Below are positions 48,377 to 57,779 of a stretch of 64,000 bases of DNA, piece by piece. The DNA lies in the IMG/VR virus record IMGVR_UViG_3300042691_045142; one strand, 5' to 3'. Under the pieces are notes generated by a model. That model ran no database searches. It had not been told where the DNA came from and was given only the letters and a program-made list of their open reading frames with translations. Made by a program: the position numbers and the translations under genes. Each line of letters starts with the position of its first letter. Within the stretch, counting starts at the first letter, position 1. The DNA is from an uncultured virus (IMG/VR IMGVR_UViG_3300042691_045142). Its lineage: Duplodnaviria; Heunggongvirae; Uroviricota; Caudoviricetes.

Positions 48377-49951
48377 ATGAGAGACTTACTAAATCTACTA
48401 GACACTTTATCAGAGGCCCGTGGTTTGAGTGCCCGTAAACCCGGCGAGGTCTATGCTCGTGTGGGCAGTGATGCCGATGATGATAAGATTACCTTCCAGA
48501 GCCTGGATTTTTACCCAGAATCTGGCGCATACTCCAGCACAGAAGAAATGATGGACGTGCTCGATCAGCTGGAAACCCAGGCCGGAATAAAGTTTGAAAA
48601 GATCAACCAGCCCACAACACGGACAAAGGCGTTTGGAGTAGCTGGATTCGACACAGCAGTGGGTCGCAGATATCTAGTAAAGTTTGCCGCAGACATCAAA
48701 CCTGTGCGCACTCAAAACACTTTCTTCCAGACCAAGGACATTCCAGGTGGATTCAGTCAAACTGATGCTCGCGGAAGCAAAGAAAAAGTGGGATACAAAC
48801 CCAGTGATGTGTTGACTGATTTCAAGAGCCAGACTCCGGCCAGCATCCTAGCTCAGATAGCTGAAAAGTTTGGCGAAGACAGCGATGAGTACAATGCCGC
48901 TGTGATCATCGCCAATGCTGAACAGTTTCCTGTGCTGGTTCCTGCTGGCAACATGGACTTCAAAGGATTCCGCGATTACTTCTGTGAAATGCTACAGCCC
49001 TGTGTGCTGATCAACGGTGCTCCGGTCAAGGGCAATGCCGGCAAAGCTGCCGAAGTATTCATGGGGCAGAACGGATTCTCAGACTGTGTGGTTTCATTCA
49101 ATACCAATGTATCAGGAACACTGTATGATTCACTGTTGGTGAATCCTGAAGGTAAACAGATCAAACTATCCAGCAAGGGTGCCAAAGGTGCCATGGCATC
49201 AGTGATCAACCTACTAAAATCTGCACGTGAACTCGAAGAAGCTGGGCTGGGCGACATAGTAGCGCCGTATCAAAACATCATTGACATCTTGAAAATCATC
49301 GACGATGGAGATCATAACTCTGGACCATTAAACTTGGCCATAGAGCAAGAAATGATCACCCCCGATGAAGCGCAAGAAGTCATGAGCTTGAAACAGTATG
49401 CTGGGCAAAAAAACTTTGACATTGACAACACTGATCTCACCGACAACTTAAAGGCCATCTACAAAGAGCGCACAGCAGAAGATCCCAGCAAGATTGTTCC
49501 GCTCAATCACATGGTGGCCAGCATTGCATACAAGGTGTGTAACGAAATCAACACAACAACCAACTTCTCTGAAGCGGCTGCTGATATTCTCAACAACTCA
49601 GCCTTTGTGCAAATGTACACCGACGCTGGCCAAAAGGGCGATCAGTTTGTGATCAAAGGCTTTACCACTGTGTGGCCTAGCAAACTGTTTACAGATGTTA
49701 CATTGGAAGCACAAAAGAGCTATAGCTCGACCACCAGCTCGGGCGGTAAACTGGTATTCAACATCAACAAAGAACCCAAGATAGTGCCCAACGCAGAACA
49801 AGGCGCCACCACAGATGCTCCTGGACCAAGCCGTGCTGGAGAGTTAGTAGACTACATTCCGCCACGTAGCGATATCAAAGCCAGTGACACAACGGCAAAA
49901 GCCCCAGGCGATGCTGAGACTTTGGGTCGTAAAAGAAGAAAAAGTTTTTAA
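48377..49951 (+). CDS. Large hypothetical protein, possible virion-internal PD-(D/E)XK-like protein
   Basis: MRDLLNLLDTLSEA N-terminus; YFCE..LYDS..IKLSSKG; TAAGTA at 48347-52 upstream. Confidence 0.6.
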   Translation: MRDLLNLLDTLSEARGLSARKPGEVYARVGSDADDDKITFQSLDFYPESGAYSSTEEMMDVLDQLETQAGIKFEKINQPTTRTKAFGVAGFDTAVGRRYLVKFAADIKPVRTQNTFFQTKDIPGGFSQTDARGSKEKVGYKPSDVLTDFKSQTPASILAQIAEKFGEDSDEYNAAVIIANAEQFPVLVPAGNMDFKGFRDYFCEMLQPCVLINGAPVKGNAGKAAEVFMGQNGFSDCVVSFNTNVSGTLYDSLLVNPEGKQIKLSSKGAKGAMASVINLLKSARELEEAGLGDIVAPYQNIIDILKIIDDGDHNSGPLNLAIEQEMITPDEAQEVMSLKQYAGQKNFDIDNTDLTDNLKAIYKERTAEDPSKIVPLNHMVASIAYKVCNEINTTTNFSEAAADILNNSAFVQMYTDAGQKGDQFVIKGFTTVWPSKLFTDVTLEAQKSYSSTTSSGGKLVFNINKEPKIVPNAEQGATTDAPGPSRAGELVDYIPPRSDIKASDTTAKAPGDAETLGRKRRKSF

Positions 49952-50529
49952 CGAGTGACGTTGGCGATGTGATCGCAGATGCCCAGTTCCCGGGCTTCTT
50001 GGGCGCTGAGCCAGACATCATTGGGCGGTAACAATCGTGTTTTGATTGTTTCTTCATCTAATCCAGTGGTCACCTGATAGTGAGAAATCATACGCTGTTG
50101 TGCCAGGCCAAACTCTTTGGTGATGGCAAACAGTTCGTGATGTTTACCATCACTGCCCCATGAGTATTGATGACTCAAGATTGAAGTATTGGGTGTGAGT
50201 ACCCTGCGACCCATCGTGCCTGCTAGGAATATCAACAATCCACAGCTGGCGATCTGGCCCAGCCCTACTGTTTTGATAGGAATATTACTGCTCTTCATCA
50301 CGTCTATCAGCGCAAAGGCTTCTTCCATGTCTCCACCGCGACTGCAAATCATCAAGATAAGTTCTTTTTTCTTTTTCTTGACGATGTAGTTTTCGTGCAA
50401 GATCCACTCGATGATGGGTAGCATGGATTCTGACTCAACGTCACCCATAAACGTGTAGATACCACTCTTTTTAAGATCGTCACCAGGGGAGTATGTAAGA
50501 TCGTCTTTTTCTTGGATCATTGTTGTCAT
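49948..50529 (-). CDS. clpP: Second, divergent ClpP-like protease
   Basis: ICSRGG, GQIASCG, SHQ, ND.WLSA.EA..LG.CD. Confidence 0.85.
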   Translation of the reverse strand: MTTMIQEKDDLTYSPGDDLKKSGIYTFMGDVESESMLPIIEWILHENYIVKKKKKELILMICSRGGDMEEAFALIDVMKSSNIPIKTVGLGQIASCGLLIFLAGTMGRRVLTPNTSILSHQYSWGSDGKHHELFAITKEFGLAQQRMISHYQVTTGLDEETIKTRLLPPNDVWLSAQEARELGICDHIANVTR

Positions 50530-50622
50530 GGTCTGGAAATGTCGCTGTTAATAAAGTATGTATATTATAACACAAGTTTTGAACAGCTCACTTACTTATG
50601 AGCAAATCCAAAATCGGCTCAG

Positions 50623-51723
50623 TTAATTCGGACACTGGCTGTTACGCACAACCTCCATTTTTACCGTGTCTAACACAGGGGTAGTGGGTGTTAGATTAAA
50701 AGGTACTCGTGCATCCAGGGTCAAATACCCATTGATTTGTACCCCATTCTGGGTGGGTTGCAACAAACGCTCGTTGGGCACATATCCAGACATCTCGTTG
50801 TCCAGTTCGCTCCAGCGTTGGCATCCGCGCCAGACTCTGCGCCCTTCACGGTCATCTATGGTGATCAGCACAGCCGGGCGACTTTGGATGAGATTTTGAT
50901 GTATCAAGTTCAGGGTAACAGAATCGTCAAAGGCCGCTGTACGACTCCAGCCATGACGTCCTGGACGAGCTTTGATCGTGACATAACCTTGATACTGACA
51001 GTTTCGAGCATATAGCCCTGTGCAGTCTCCGGCATTGGCATTTTGACTCACCGCGGCCAAGGCTTCACGTAGATTTTCCAAGTAAGCATGACGCCATTTT
51101 AGCTTGAAACTAAACTCGATCTGTTGCTGTCGTTGATCTGTGTAGTACACTCGGCTTGGGCCCAACTCTACATCAAACGCACGACGTGGAAAATCAGCCA
51201 AGACCATCTGTAGCAAACGATCGCCTTGTTGACGACTATGAGTGAGTGTTTCTGCTTGTGTTTGCAAACGGTCTCCATCGATCTGCCCAGGTCTAGGATG
51301 GTGTCCTAGCAGTCGATCGCTTAACCTGCTACGCTTGACATACACATCCAAGGTCATAGCGACGAAACCATTTTCCTGTTCCACTCGTTTGACTTCATAA
51401 CGATCAACAAAGCCAGCGGCATACTGTACCACTTCACTGCGCTCAAGTCGTTGATTTTTGACTTCACGTTCGGAGTTTATTACACTGCCCACTGCCTGAT
51501 CCACAGCGGCTCTTAGTGCTTGTGTACGGGCTTCTTCTGTGGTCTTACCATAGCCTTTGACTGTGACAAAGTAGTAGCGTTCACTATCCTTGAGCAACCA
51601 AGGAACCACGGTGATTATCACAGTCACTGGATTTGGCTTCAGCACAGAAGCAGTGTCTGCAGTCTGCGCTGACACACTGACCGCGAACATCAGGGCCAGT
51701 GCTAACGCTAACTTGTGCATCAC
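50623..51723 (-). CDS. Exported LPP20/FlgT-N-like protein
   Basis: Signal peptide; G.G.T.EEA...AL..AV.QA.G..I.SE. Confidence 0.6.
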   Translation of the reverse strand: MMHKLALALALMFAVSVSAQTADTASVLKPNPVTVIITVVPWLLKDSERYYFVTVKGYGKTTEEARTQALRAAVDQAVGSVINSEREVKNQRLERSEVVQYAAGFVDRYEVKRVEQENGFVAMTLDVYVKRSRLSDRLLGHHPRPGQIDGDRLQTQAETLTHSRQQGDRLLQMVLADFPRRAFDVELGPSRVYYTDQRQQQIEFSFKLKWRHAYLENLREALAAVSQNANAGDCTGLYARNCQYQGYVTIKARPGRHGWSRTAAFDDSVTLNLIHQNLIQSRPAVLITIDDREGRRVWRGCQRWSELDNEMSGYVPNERLLQPTQNGVQINGYLTLDARVPFNLTPTTPVLDTVKMEVVRNSQCPN

Positions 51724-52400
51724 TGCATCATTTCTTTGAGGACTGTGCGACGCTGACTGTTGTCTTTGCGATCCCAGCGCACCAAAACCTGGACGTTGCG
51801 ACCGTCATTGATGATCTTTCCATCTTTGAAAACGACACCGCCGAGGATACCCGAACGCTGAACACTCACAGTGGTACGGATATTAGATGCGATATTCAGT
51901 GCATCGTTGCGAACAGCGGTATTTTCTTCGCGATTGACTTCGCCAGCCCGAGCGGCTTCTGTGTCTGACGTTTCAAAAGAAAAATCATTTTTATTGTTTG
52001 TGGCAAACTTGTTGGTCTTGTTGTCGCGGGCTTTTTCTAAGTTTTTAGAAATAGTATCTACCACTCGCTTAGACGTGATGGTTTCTGGATGCAGGAACGA
52101 ACTCATGCGATCCTTGGCCATGACATAGGCCACTTCGTAGGCCTGCTGGACAGCATTTTGACTGTTGCCCCACACAGGTGCATAACCCACAGCTTCTACA
52201 GCTTCAAGGTTACCTGTGAAACTGTAAATCAGCCTCACACCTTCGCGTTTGAAATCTGATGCCGCACGTTGCTCAGAGATGGCCTGTTGTGTACCCGGAG
52301 GTACAGCGGTGCCCGAACCTACGTCTGCGACCTTGGTTGAACTACAGGCAGTGAGGCCCAGAGCCATGGCCAGGGTTAGATAGAGTGCTGTCTTTTTCAT
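51720..52400 (-). CDS. Lipoprotein (LPP20-like)
   Basis: MKKT..LTAC lipobox; start reset to 52400 (ATGA overlap). Confidence 0.7.
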   Translation of the reverse strand: MKKTALYLTLAMALGLTACSSTKVADVGSGTAVPPGTQQAISEQRAASDFKREGVRLIYSFTGNLEAVEAVGYAPVWGNSQNAVQQAYEVAYVMAKDRMSSFLHPETITSKRVVDTISKNLEKARDNKTNKFATNNKNDFSFETSDTEAARAGEVNREENTAVRNDALNIASNIRTTVSVQRSGILGGVVFKDGKIINDGRNVQVLVRWDRKDNSQRRTVLKEMMQ

Positions 52401-52519
52401 TTGTTTTTGATCCATTCTCCGGCTTTAGAAAGATCTTGGCCTGCGCCGGAAACCGCGCCACCGATCGTACCACAGCCTGTGACACAGGCCACTAAAAATA
52501 CCAAAACCAAGTGCTTCAT
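52397..52519 (-). CDS. Entericidin-like 40-aa lipoprotein (not in ORF track)
   Basis: MKHLVLVFLVACVTGCGTIGGAVSGAGQDLSKAGEWIKNK; AAGGAG RBS. Confidence 0.7.
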   Translation of the reverse strand: MKHLVLVFLVACVTGCGTIGGAVSGAGQDLSKAGEWIKNK

Positions 52520-52543
52520 AACAACTCCTTAAAGATTGGTCAT

Positions 52544-52586
52544 AAAAAATCCTACTATGTGTGTATTATTACACAAGTAGGATTTT
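52544..52586 (-). terminator. Hairpin terminator overlapping a sigma70-like promoter
   Basis: AAAATCCTACT..AGTAGGATTTT inverted repeat with T-run on minus strand. Confidence 0.55.
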
Positions 52587-52622
52587 CTGGTCTAGCGTTG
52601 AGTTAACCGATTTTTTACCGAT

Positions 52623-52898
52623 TTACTTGCTTTTGGTTTGAGCTGAATAGGCCTTCATGATACCTTCACCAAACTTGGTGTAATCAAACTTGGCGGCTTC
52701 CTGAGCATGCTTGATAGTTTCTTGCACCACTGTGGTCCCAGCGTCGATTGTGGCCTTGGCGGCTTTTTTGGTGTACTCAGTTTGGTTGTCGATAAACTGA
52801 TTGAGTGCGTCAGCGATCTTTTCGTCTGTGATAAAAGTCTTTACAAACTGTTTCTTACCGGTTTGTACTGCGTCGATTGTTGCGTCATATGTAAACAT
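52623..52898 (-). CDS. Phasin-like protein
   Basis: IDAVQ.GKK.FV..F..L..F.D.QT.Y.K amphipathic helical pattern. Confidence 0.55.
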   Translation of the reverse strand: MFTYDATIDAVQTGKKQFVKTFITDEKIADALNQFIDNQTEYTKKAAKATIDAGTTVVQETIKHAQEAAKFDYTKFGEGIMKAYSAQTKSK

Positions 52899-53032
52899 GT
52901 TTTCTCCTTGTATTAAGCGAGTTTACGGTACAAGACCCGGACCATCCAGCGTCTTGTTTACTACATTATTATATATGATATTTATGTTGCAATGCAATAA
53001 AAATATGTGCCGTTTTGACTATTTTGGTGAAA

Positions 53033-53743
53033 TCAGTTGGCTCGTACAGTGGCCAGATTGAATCTTTGCAGTAGTTGTATATAACTCCACCCCAGATCCC
53101 ATTCCCATTTCTTCAGGCTGAGTTTTGGAGAAGCTGGATCTGCGTGATGGTTGTTGTGTAGTTCTTCGCCGCCGATGAAAAATGCCCAGGGAACTATGTT
53201 GGTTGAGTAGTCTCGGGTCTGGGTGTTACGATATCCCCACCAGTGCCCTAGACCGTTTATGACACCTGCGGCCCATAAGGGAATCCAGATCATCTGCCAT
53301 AACCAAGGCAACCACCCCCAACTCCAACCAAATATAGCACAGTTAATAAAAAACATCAAGGTCACGCCCAGCCAGTTGAATGGCGTGTAGATGTGGCGTT
53401 CCACCCAATCATCGGGTGTGCCTACTCCGTATTGTTCTACCATTTGCCGGTCTTTGGCGGCCCAGGCATAGTAAAAAGCACCGCCCAACAGGATCTGCCA
53501 GATGCCTTCGTTTCTAGGGCTGTGCGGATCACCTTCCGCATCGGTAAATCTGTGATGTTTGCGATGTGTAGCCACCCACTGCTTGGTCACCATGCCTGTT
53601 GTGAGCCACAGCCAAAATCTCATGAAATGCGCCACATGCGGGTGGAATGTTACTCCTCGGTGTGCTTGACTACGATGCAGATAAAGGGTAACGCAGGCTA
53701 TGGTGATGTGGGTCATCACCAAGATATACAATAGTAAGGTCAT
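53033..53743 (-). CDS. Delta-9-type fatty acid desaturase
   Basis: HRSQAH, HRKHH, GDPHSP, GEELHNNHH His boxes. Confidence 0.93.
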   Translation of the reverse strand: MTLLLYILVMTHITIACVTLYLHRSQAHRGVTFHPHVAHFMRFWLWLTTGMVTKQWVATHRKHHRFTDAEGDPHSPRNEGIWQILLGGAFYYAWAAKDRQMVEQYGVGTPDDWVERHIYTPFNWLGVTLMFFINCAIFGWSWGWLPWLWQMIWIPLWAAGVINGLGHWWGYRNTQTRDYSTNIVPWAFFIGGEELHNNHHADPASPKLSLKKWEWDLGWSYIQLLQRFNLATVRAN

Positions 53744-53825
53744 GCTGTATATAGTCGATTCAAAAAATCCAAAAACAGTAACTTATCTATTATATATAAA
53801 CACTGTCAAACAAGGAGAGTGTTGC

Positions 53826-54791
53826 ATGATACAGAAATTTTTGTTAGTTTTAGCTGGAACATTGACTGCTACCGCGGCTTATGCCTGGCAGCCTACCCGA
53901 CCCGTCACAGTATTAGTACCTTCAGCTCCTGGTGCATTTATTGAAAACAGTTTCCGCATGGTCAGCAAGATCGTGGAGGAACAGAACCCTGGAGTGAACT
54001 TTGTGATAGTCAACAAGCCCGGTGCTGACGGAGTAATAGCCACCAATCAGCTGGCTGAATCTGCGCCTGACGGACTGACCATAGCCACTGCCAGCCAAAT
54101 GAGTACCTTCGTTACACAGGACATATTCCAACGAGATATCAAGAAGTATACCTCGGATACTTTCGTAGTTCCTGTATTGCCCACTCGTTCGCCCTTGGCC
54201 ATCGTGGCCAAAGCAGATAGTGCTGTAAACACACCTAGGGAGTTCCTAGACCGTGTGAAAAACAGCACACAGCCTGTGAACATCGCCATTGGTGGTGGAC
54301 CTCACAAGCTCACATATGAATACATCCTGGATCGTTTTCCCAACTCTAATGTACAGTCTATCGCATTCCAAGGGCCACTGCAGGCAGTCACAGGTGTGGC
54401 CAGCGACAGCAATATTGAGTTTGGTATCATGCCACTACAAGTGGCCTGGCCTTTGGTGCAGGGCGGCAAAGTCAAAGTCATTGCTATCACTGCTGACCGT
54501 CCATTGTCGACCCATCCCAACATTCCATTGATCAAGAACAGTGTACCTGGCCTGGAAGTATCTGCAGGATCTGCACTGTTGTTGCCACCTGGCACACCAC
54601 GAGAAGTTGCCGATTGGTACAACCGTGCGTGGAGTCGAGCCATGCAAACTGCCGAAGCTCGCAAGCTATACGCAGATAACTTCTTGTACTTTAATGGAAC
54701 GGATCTACAACAAGAAGGAGTGCGTGTATGGATCAACAATACACGACAGTTTTGGAAATCCTACATTGACGGTCCTACCAGAAAGTATTGA
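53826..54791 (+). CDS. Bug/TctC substrate-binding protein (copy 2)
   Basis: Signal peptide, WQPTRPV, NKPGADG, APDG, GKVKVIA, PPGTP; AAGGAG RBS. Confidence 0.9.
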   Translation: MIQKFLLVLAGTLTATAAYAWQPTRPVTVLVPSAPGAFIENSFRMVSKIVEEQNPGVNFVIVNKPGADGVIATNQLAESAPDGLTIATASQMSTFVTQDIFQRDIKKYTSDTFVVPVLPTRSPLAIVAKADSAVNTPREFLDRVKNSTQPVNIAIGGGPHKLTYEYILDRFPNSNVQSIAFQGPLQAVTGVASDSNIEFGIMPLQVAWPLVQGGKVKVIAITADRPLSTHPNIPLIKNSVPGLEVSAGSALLLPPGTPREVADWYNRAWSRAMQTAEARKLYADNFLYFNGTDLQQEGVRVWINNTRQFWKSYIDGPTRKY

Positions 54792-54804
54792 TCATTGACC
54801 CAAC

Positions 54805-54832
54805 AAAAAAGGCACCTAAGGTGCCTTTTTTT
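54805..54832. terminator. Bidirectional intrinsic terminator
   Basis: AAAAAAGGCAC-CTAAG-GTGCCTTTTTT between convergent genes. Confidence 0.9.
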
Positions 54833-54845
54833 ATGACAGTACTTT

Positions 54846-55577
54846 TTAAATAGTGTCAAGTTTTAGTTCACGTGTGGGTGTACCATATACTTCGCGCATG
54901 CGTGCCTTGGCAGCTTCGTTGGGCATGTAGGTATTCAAGCATGCAACTTCATACAGGTCCCAGCACATTTGTAAAGCAATGTCCATCACGCGATCTTGTG
55001 CTTGTTGTGTATCGCACAACTCAAGCAACTTCATACGACCGATGTTGCTATGGAACTTTTCATCGCGAGCGATCTTGCCATAACGTGTGGCGATGAACTC
55101 GTCTTCGACACAGTCGGCCATGGTTGCCCATACGCGAGCGGCACGGCCTTCACCCAGGAACTGGTACAGAGCCATGATCAATGGATCATCCTGTGCTTCG
55201 TAACGATCGATCAAGGTCACGCCCTTGGCGCTGTCTTTTTCGCCGTGTGTAGAGTTGGCGTCGTCCATGGAAATTGGACCACCGTTTAGGTGCTCTAGCA
55301 CTTCACGTACCATGCGGTAGTGGTTGGCTTCGTCAAATGTTTGTTTGCAAAGCAACATGGCTTCTTCGCCCGAGGTTGTCACAGGCAATGCGGCTACTTT
55401 TTTTGCAAACTCAACCATGTTCCAACGCTCATTCATCATGCGCAGTTTGAAATGGTCCATGAGGTGTTCTTTGCTGGGGTTACTAGCAAAGTAGTTACGT
55501 GTTACTTCTTCGCTGACTTGATACAGAGTTTCTACTTTTTGTTCAAGATCAACTAAAAATTCTTTTGCTGATTTCAT
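54846..55577 (-). CDS. Ferritin-like di-iron carboxylate protein (copy 2)
   Basis: E..DEANH..E..DEKFH; full-length paralogue of 1593..2324. Confidence 0.8.
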   Translation of the reverse strand: MKSAKEFLVDLEQKVETLYQVSEEVTRNYFASNPSKEHLMDHFKLRMMNERWNMVEFAKKVAALPVTTSGEEAMLLCKQTFDEANHYRMVREVLEHLNGGPISMDDANSTHGEKDSAKGVTLIDRYEAQDDPLIMALYQFLGEGRAARVWATMADCVEDEFIATRYGKIARDEKFHSNIGRMKLLELCDTQQAQDRVMDIALQMCWDLYEVACLNTYMPNEAAKARMREVYGTPTRELKLDTI

Positions 55578-55650
55578 CGATGTTCTCCTTTTGTAAAGCC
55601 CGTCGGCTTGGTATTTTTATTTAGCCAAACAGAGCAAGGTAAGTAGATGC

Positions 55651-56364
55651 ATGGATGAATTCAACTCTTATTATCATTCGGGATTTCCTGCCTCATTTGC
55701 CCCAAAATATCAGGTCTACGTCCTCTACAGCGTTCAACTTGATTGTTTTTTATATGTCAATCACAACCTAGATATACTGCGTAGAGTGCATTATCTCATG
55801 AGCAGTAAAATTCCCACCTGGGTGTATGAACTACGTCTGCCAGGACATTATGAACACGGAATATCGAATCAAAATGCCGAATGTTGGACTTTGCAAACAA
55901 CCATATCTGGCAGACCAAACATATCTAAGTACCAGACCAATCACAACGAAATGGGCATATTGGACTGCACTACGGTCAATGTGCTTGGGCAAATTTCTGG
56001 GCAAATAGACTTAAAATCAGGACCTGCTCCCCAGGAATCTTTAGAGCTTAAAAACTGGGCTATGTTTTTAGGCAACATGGTAGAAAAAATAAAAAAATCT
56101 GAGCTTCCTGAAGAAGAGATCATTCACAGGATTTCCATGGCTGAATCAATCCATACCAAGAGCGATATTTCCAACGACGATTTATCTTACTATATTAGTA
56201 AAATTTACAAACTCCTATTGATCAGCACCAGCGTGAAAGATTTCCAACAACGAGCCAAAAAAGAAATACTTGATATAGAGGACTCGTATTCTCGCATAAA
56301 CAAAATGGAACAGGCATCATTATTGAAAGAACTTTTGTTGCACAATGACATCACTACTGATTAA
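55651..56364 (+). CDS. Hypothetical protein
   Basis: 237-aa ORF overlapping the PP-loop gene. Confidence 0.65.
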   Translation: MDEFNSYYHSGFPASFAPKYQVYVLYSVQLDCFLYVNHNLDILRRVHYLMSSKIPTWVYELRLPGHYEHGISNQNAECWTLQTTISGRPNISKYQTNHNEMGILDCTTVNVLGQISGQIDLKSGPAPQESLELKNWAMFLGNMVEKIKKSELPEEEIIHRISMAESIHTKSDISNDDLSYYISKIYKLLLISTSVKDFQQRAKKEILDIEDSYSRINKMEQASLLKELLLHNDITTD

Positions 56365-57559
56365 CTACACACATCTTGACCACAGTAGTCTTGATGATTG
56401 CTGGCCCGATGATGGTATTCGTGAAGATATACACCAGCTTGCTTCTATCTGCAGAGACACATCAATGGCGTTTCTTTCTCCATTGATGGGAGCAGACAAC
56501 TTTCCATTTCCTAAAAATCTAGCATTATCAACGTTGCGTGTACCGGTGGCCGAGTATGATCCCAACTTTGGCATGTCATATGAAGAAATCACTGACCTCA
56601 AAGCACAGGAACTACTGAAACTCAGTAAAAAAACCAATCGACCCATCGTTGTGGGGTGGTCCGGTGGTATTGATTCAACTTTGGTCGTGGCCGCTTTGCT
56701 GAAATGTGGTACTCCTGTAGATTATAGCAGAATTATCATAGCCACTAACAAAACTGGAGTTTGGGAAAATTCAACTTTCTTTTTTGATTGTATTTTGAAA
56801 AACAATCTCAAAGTAGTTGAATATGATCGTTTTGTAAGTTCACTGAATACTTCTAACTTTTCTAACTACATACATGTAAACGGTCATCCCAATGATCAAC
56901 TGTTGATTGGTCTAAACAGCAGTGCTGTCAGCAGTTCAGAAATGGCGTTCGAGGATCCTCGGTGGTTCAATATTCCTTGGCAGGATTCTGCAAAAGCACT
57001 GGAGTATCTATCTGCTTACTGGACAACTCCTGGCACAGCTCAGTGGTTGTTTCGCAAACTGTCAGAAAATGTGTTATCAATGAATGCTCCAGTTAAATCT
57101 TGCTACGACCTGGTTCGATGGCTGAACTTTAACTATGCTTTCTTGCCTGCATTTTCAAACGACTATGGAAATATGTACGCGAATGTTTGTCGTATTCCCA
57201 TAAATCAATGGGCCGATTGTGCTTATCAATGGTTTACTGATATGAAATATCAGCAGTGGGGTTTGAAAAATTTTTCAAATCTTGAACAACTGCTTGGCCC
57301 AGATCGAGATCAATGGAAGTGGGTGGCAAAAAAGTATATCTATGATTATGATAAAAATAAGTTCTACTTAAGATACAAAACAAAAATGGGTTCTTCGGGT
57401 CGCCGAGCAATGTTTGGAAAAAATCTCAATGAAAAAGGCCCAGCTAAAACTTGGGTAGCTATCACGCCGGATCAAAGATTTCTAACCATTCATAATGATC
57501 TAGATGAACTAAAACAGTTACTAGTCCAATCGTTATCTTCCAGCGATCGAATCACTTAG
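56345..57559 (+). CDS. PP-loop ATP pyrophosphatase (asparagine synthetase C-domain-like)
   Basis: VGWSGGIDST motif, G..NDQL, F....Q.W..K...K.YI. Confidence 0.7.
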   Translation: MTSLLINYTHLDHSSLDDCWPDDGIREDIHQLASICRDTSMAFLSPLMGADNFPFPKNLALSTLRVPVAEYDPNFGMSYEEITDLKAQELLKLSKKTNRPIVVGWSGGIDSTLVVAALLKCGTPVDYSRIIIATNKTGVWENSTFFFDCILKNNLKVVEYDRFVSSLNTSNFSNYIHVNGHPNDQLLIGLNSSAVSSSEMAFEDPRWFNIPWQDSAKALEYLSAYWTTPGTAQWLFRKLSENVLSMNAPVKSCYDLVRWLNFNYAFLPAFSNDYGNMYANVCRIPINQWADCAYQWFTDMKYQQWGLKNFSNLEQLLGPDRDQWKWVAKKYIYDYDKNKFYLRYKTKMGSSGRRAMFGKNLNEKGPAKTWVAITPDQRFLTIHNDLDELKQLLVQSLSSSDRIT

Positions 57560-57779
57560 GGACTTGGCCACAGGCAATGCAGGATCAATCATGATCATCA
57601 GCGTTTGTTCCAACCAAGGCGGTTGTTTTTCATTTAGCCAAACAATGTACCATGTGATCAGCGATACAAAACAAACGATCGCAACAAATAGTAGTAGATT
57701 ATAAAAAAGTTGTTTCATAACTTTATGTATGTTTTTGTGATGTTTTTATTAAATAAACTAACCAACAAAGGAGACCATA

